Positions 6,601 through 9,701 of a stretch of DNA of 9,701 nt are shown here, piece by piece. Below the pieces are notes generated by a model. That model was not told where the DNA came from. It did no database searches and saw only the letters and a list, made by a program, of their open reading frames with translations. The stretch is taken from the IMG/VR virus record IMGVR_UViG_2703719365_000027, positions 1 to 9,701 of that record; one strand, 5' to 3'. Origin of the DNA: a virus (taxonomy: Duplodnaviria > Heunggongvirae > Uroviricota > Caudoviricetes). Position 1 is the stretch's first letter; the number at the start of each line of letters is the position of its first letter. The position numbers were made by a program, and so were the translations under genes.

Positions 6601-6780
6601 AAGCATATCCAAACAACGCCCCACCAGAGAACGGCAGGACAATACCTCGAGTTATCCAGCCACTGAACAGGGCTAAGTAGCCAGCCTGAGGCATACGAAC
6701 ATGACGGCAGTTGTTGATTGATACAAAGCGCAGTAGATAAAACGTTCCGCCACCCGGCGTTAAGGGGAAATGAGGTCAAC

Positions 6781-6933
6781 ATGGATACTATCGATCTTGG
6801 CAACAACGAATCTCTGGTATGTGGCGTGTTTCCCAATCAGGACGGCACATTCACCGCCATGACGTATACCAAAAGCAAATCGTTTAAAACCGAAGCTGGC
6901 GCACGTCGCTGGCTTGCCAAAAATACCAGCTAA
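6781..6933 (+). CDS. DUF1391-type small protein (YdaF/YdfA-like), 50 aa
   Basis: ATG at 6781 with GAGG 5 nt upstream. MDTIDLGNNESLV... resembles the small proteins that follow the repressor in the Rac and Qin prophages (from memory). Preceded by a ~174-nt untranslated leader. Confidence 0.6.
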   Translation: MDTIDLGNNESLVCGVFPNQDGTFTAMTYTKSKSFKTEAGARRWLAKNTS

Positions 6934-7114
6934 ACCATTTATTGGATTAATTCAATATTCTTGCTGTAGGGGTATAGCCGAGGCCACCAAAGCCCGGAGG
7001 TGGTGAAATAAAACCGGGCACAACACGAAGGCGCATTTCCGGTATCCATAAAGAGTCGGTCTTGTCTGTTAAATTTAAATGGTGGGAGTGCGCCTCCGGT
7101 TGTGAATAACAACA

Positions 7115-7178
7115 CTGCTGTGTGTAGTCTTGGCGGCATCAGTTTTTTCTTGAAGTTCGACTGATGTCCGCCCTTTTT
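7115..7178 (+). ncRNA. dicF: DicF-like small RNA candidate (5' end approximate)
   Basis: Sequence TTGGCGGCATCAGTTTT ... CCGCCCTTTTT matches the DicF 3' region as I recall it from the Qin prophage. Sits in a 420-bp ORF-free gap and ends in an intrinsic terminator. Confidence 0.5.
7132..7178 (+). terminator. intrinsic terminator (also the 3' hairpin of the DicF-like RNA)
   Basis: Stem GGCGGCATCAG / CTGATG-T-CCGCC (11 bp, one bulged T), 18-nt loop, then CTTTTT. Confidence 0.7.
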
Positions 7179-7353
7179 AAAGTGAATTTTGTGATGCGGT
7201 GAATGCGGCTAAGCGCACGCGGCACAGTTAAAAGTCATGTTAGTCCTTATTGGTTTGGGTGGGAAAGCCGACTGTAATTGTTAACTGGTTGCAGTCACCT
7301 GGAGGCACCAGGCACCGCATCAACAAAGTTCATTTGTAAAAATGGAGATAATT

Positions 7354-7575
7354 ATGATTGCACATCACTTCGGAACTGATGAAATACCACGTCAGTGTGT
7401 GACTCCTGGTGATTATGTTCTTCATGAAGGCCGGACATATATCGCCTCGGCAAACAATATTAAAAAACGAAAACTTTATATTCGTAACCTGACCACAAAA
7501 ACATGCATTTCTGACTGCATGGTTAAAGTCTTCCTCGGTAGTGATGGTTTACCTGTAAAAGCGGAGTCATGGTGA
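7354..7575 (+). CDS. kilR: KilR, Rac-prophage FtsZ-targeting cell-division inhibitor, 73 aa
   Basis: ATG at 7354 with GGAG 6 nt upstream. [46 protein letters not shown]... matches KilR as I recall it. Position ahead of ydaE-racC-recE is as in Rac. Confidence 0.75.
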   Translation: MIAHHFGTDEIPRQCVTPGDYVLHEGRTYIASANNIKKRKLYIRNLTTKTCISDCMVKVFLGSDGLPVKAESW

Positions 7576-7745
7576 TGGATAAGAAAATAAAATGTGCTTA
7601 CCACCTTTGCAAAAAAGACGTTGAAGAAAGCAAAACTATTGAAAGAATGCTTCATTTCATGCACGGAACTTTATCAAAAGACGAACCGAGAAAATATTGC
7701 AGTGAAACTTGTGCCGAAAAAAACCAGATGGCACACGAACTTTAA
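7575..7745 (+). CDS. ydaE: YdaE-like small zinc-binding protein, 56 aa (absent from the ORF track, below its length cutoff)
   Basis: ATG at 7575 overlaps the kilR stop (TGATG), with GGAG 8 nt upstream. Cys pairs CAYHLC and [24 protein letters not shown]... matches Rac YdaE as recalled. Confidence 0.6.
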   Translation: MDKKIKCAYHLCKKDVEESKTIERMLHFMHGTLSKDEPRKYCSETCAEKNQMAHEL

Positions 7746-7819
7746 TTAACTGACTATTCGAAACTGAATTTATGCCAGCAATGGCAGGGATTCACTCAAC
7801 CTTAATTAAGGAGAAAAAC

Positions 7820-8095
7820 ATGATTACCAATTATGAAGCCACTGTTGTAACTACTGATGACATTGTTCACGAGGTCAATCTGGACGGAAAGCGTATTGGC
7901 TACGTGATTAAAACAGAAAATAAAGAAACCCCATTCACTGTGGTTGATATCGACGGTCCATCAGGCAACGTTAAAACACTTCACGAAGGCGTCAAAAAAA
8001 TGTGCCTGGTGCACATTGGAAATAATCTACCAGCAGAAAAAAAAGCTGAGTTTCTGGCAACTCTGATTGCAATGAAATTAAAAGATGAAATTTAA
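7820..8095 (+). CDS. racC: RacC-like protein, 91 aa
   Basis: ATG at 7820 with AAGGAG 6 nt upstream. The track start at 7772 has no Shine-Dalgarno. Size and position immediately upstream of recE match Rac racC. Confidence 0.65.
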   Translation: MITNYEATVVTTDDIVHEVNLDGKRIGYVIKTENKETPFTVVDIDGPSGNVKTLHEGVKKMCLVHIGNNLPAEKKAEFLATLIAMKLKDEI

Positions 8096-8124
8096 AAAAA
8101 AGAAAGCCTGCACAGTGTACAGGC
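8093..8124 (-). terminator. hairpin plus U-tract oriented for minus-strand transcripts, between racC and recE
   Basis: Plus strand reads A-tract (8093-8105) then hairpin GCCTG-CACAGTGTA-CAGGC (8106-8124). On the minus strand this is a hairpin followed by UUUCUUUUUUUU. No U-run follows it on the plus strand. Confidence 0.35.
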
Positions 8125-8195
8125 CTGAGTGAAAAACCTGGGACATTTATTCATCACTCGCACTAAATTTTAATCTGAGTTGAGGTTAAAAAACA

Positions 8196-9701
8196 ATGAG
8201 CACTGACAAACAAAATTTTGCGTTACATTGCGACGCGAAAAATGAGGGCGCAAGAAAACGCCTCGGCATCAAAGGCGGCTTTTTCTGGACAGAGGCAAAA
8301 AAACTTTCTGTTGCGGTTTCACGCTGCATTGCTGCAATGGACGATGCTGGCTACGATGAAGATGACTTTAAAAAACCCGTTCGCGTAAATTTCCCCGTCG
8401 TGAATGACCTTCCACCGGAAGGCGTGTTTGATACTGAATTCTGCAACCGCTATGAAAAAGGCGGGGAAGATGGCATCACCATGATGGCTATATCCTTCAA
8501 TGACAACATCAACGGTGAAGATGCCACAACTGCTGGCGATGACAACGATGACCCGGACGGAACTATTCCGGATGATGTGGAGAAAAGCGAATCCCCGGAC
8601 AGCGACGATGACTGTTCTGAGTGTGAAATTCCCGTCGCCACTCTGAGCCTTACTCATCGCTTCCTTCACCTCTTCTTCTTCAGCAAGGATGAAGATGGAA
8701 AATACCGGCATCACGCCACACCAGAACAACGCAATAACGTGATCCGTATGGAGATGGACACAGAGGACAGTTACCTTCAGAGCCTGCTTACTGCTGTGCG
8801 CGCCGCACATCATGAACTGGATAAACTGACGAACTATCACCTTAGTCGCCTGGCTGAATCTGTAGGGAAAGCATTCCCCCACTCTGCAAATCATCGCATC
8901 AGCCCGGCTGAATTCGACAAGTTCATTTCCACCTGGATGAAAACTGACTACCTTGATCAGGGCCTGCTGACAAAAGAATGGCAGAACGGAAATTATGTTT
9001 CAGGAATTACCCGTACGCCTTCCGGTGCTAACGCTGGCGGCGGAAATATTACCGATCGTGGTGAAGGATTCAAACATGATAAGACATCACTCGCACGAGA
9101 TGTAGCCACCGGCGTTCTGGCCCGTTCAATGGATGTGGATATTTATAACCTTCATCCGGCACACGCTAAACGTGTCGAGGAAATTATCGCTGAAAATAAA
9201 CCGCCCTTTTCTGTTTTCCGCGACAAATTCATCACCATGCCTGGCGGGCTGGATTATTCCCGCGCCATCGTGGTTGCGTCCGTAAAAGAAGCACCAATTG
9301 GGATCGAGGTTATCCCTGCGCATGTCACTGAATATCTGAACAAGGTGCTGATTGAAACCGATCATGCCAACCCTGATCCGGAAATCGTGGATATTGCCTG
9401 CGGTCGTTCCTCTGCCCCGATGCCGCAGCGTGTAACAGAAGAAGGAAAACACGATGGTGAAGAAAAACCGCAACCATCTTGCGCAATGGCAGATAAACAG
9501 GCAACGGCTGAAACAGTGGAACCGGATGCAACTGAACATCATCAGGACACGCAGCCGCTGGATGCTCAGTCACAGGTAAATTCTGTTGATGCGAAATATC
9601 AGAAACTGCGGGCAGAACTCCATGAAGCCCGGAAAACCATTCCGCCCAAAAATCCTGTCGATGCCGACAAATTGCTGGCTGCCTCTCGCGGAGAATTTGT
9701 T
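8196..9701 (+). CDS. recE: RecE (exodeoxyribonuclease VIII) N-terminal and central region, 502 codons, 3' end beyond the window
   Basis: ATG at 8196 with GAGG upstream. Open frame with no stop to the window end, which is why the track omits it. Segments [32 protein letters not shown] and [66 protein letters not shown] match Rac RecE as recalled. All minus-strand ORFs in 8300-9573 are antisense artefacts. Confidence 0.8.
   Translation, partial: MSTDKQNFALHCDAKNEGARKRLGIKGGFFWTEAKKLSVAVSRCIAAMDDAGYDEDDFKKPVRVNFPVVNDLPPEGVFDTEFCNRYEKGGEDGITMMAISFNDNINGEDATTAGDDNDDPDGTIPDDVEKSESPDSDDDCSECEIPVATLSLTHRFLHLFFFSKDEDGKYRHHATPEQRNNVIRMEMDTEDSYLQSLLTAVRAAHHELDKLTNYHLSRLAESVGKAFPHSANHRISPAEFDKFISTWMKTDYLDQGLLTKEWQNGNYVSGITRTPSGANAGGGNITDRGEGFKHDKTSLARDVATGVLARSMDVDIYNLHPAHAKRVEEIIAENKPPFSVFRDKFITMPGGLDYSRAIVVASVKEAPIGIEVIPAHVTEYLNKVLIETDHANPDPEIVDIACGRSSAPMPQRVTEEGKHDGEEKPQPSCAMADKQATAETVEPDATEHHQDTQPLDAQSQVNSVDAKYQKLRAELHEARKTIPPKNPVDADKLLAASRGEFV

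Noticed and set aside
6555-6836. 93-aa minus-strand ORF
   Set aside because: Overlaps the near-consensus promoter and the ydaF-like gene on the opposite strand. Implausible.
6969-7045. tRNA-like start GGGGTATAGCCGAGG
   Set aside because: No T-loop (GTTCGAATC-like) motif and no cloverleaf arms. Better explained as part of the pseudoknot-like structure.
6939-7139. 66-aa minus-strand ORF in the ydaF-kilR gap
   Set aside because: Starts inside the terminator stem, no Shine-Dalgarno, Pro/Trp/Phe-rich. It is too short to be the sieB expected here (sieB is about 160 aa).
7203-7277. 24-codon ORF in the kilR leader
   Set aside because: No ribosome-binding site and too short. Treated as non-coding leader.
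6607-7353. Lambda-style nut site (boxA/boxB) in the early leaders
   Set aside because: No GCCCTGAA(A/G)AAGGGC-like boxB hairpin found, and no N-like gene is present.
8319-8894. 191-aa minus-strand ORF (and the smaller minus ORFs at 8450-8641, 9126-9542, 9325-9573)
   Set aside because: All lie antisense within the long uninterrupted recE frame and have junk-like composition.
1-9701. CRISPR array, integrase, attachment site, transposase
   Set aside because: No spaced direct repeats and no recombinase-like ORF in this window. Prophage ends are outside the window.

Overview
This window reads as the immunity and early region of a Rac-like lambdoid (probably cryptic) prophage from an Escherichia-type genome, shown in reverse orientation relative to the usual Rac map. 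A divergent regulatory switch sits at 5959-6054. Leftward (minus strand) runs a tightly coupled operon: Cro-like HTH regulator, CII-like YdaT-family candidate, replication initiator, DnaC-like helicase loader, several early genes of unknown function, two tiny very acidic proteins, and an Ea22-like gene whose stop codon is at window positions 1-3. Rightward (plus strand) runs an XRE-type repressor without a peptidase domain, an intrinsic terminator, a near-consensus sigma70 promoter with repressor-type operators, a DUF1391-type small gene, a 420-bp non-coding gap carrying a DicF-like sRNA and terminator, then kilR, ydaE, racC and the 5' 1.5 kb of recE. recE runs off the right edge and is absent from the supplied ORF track. 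Several track starts are TTG/GTG or lack a Shine-Dalgarno; I moved those to the nearest start with a good ribosome-binding site. The most interesting non-coding signals are: the DicF-like RNA where Rac normally carries sieB (from memory); three 19-bp palindromes in and upstream of the replication gene; a shared AACACA-N3-TGTGTT operator at both early promoters; and a sharply bounded 26-bp repeat at two gene 3' ends. I did not recognise a complete known defence system, and saw no tRNA, rRNA, CRISPR array, integrase or transposase. Family names and K-12 comparisons are from memory and need a homology search to confirm.
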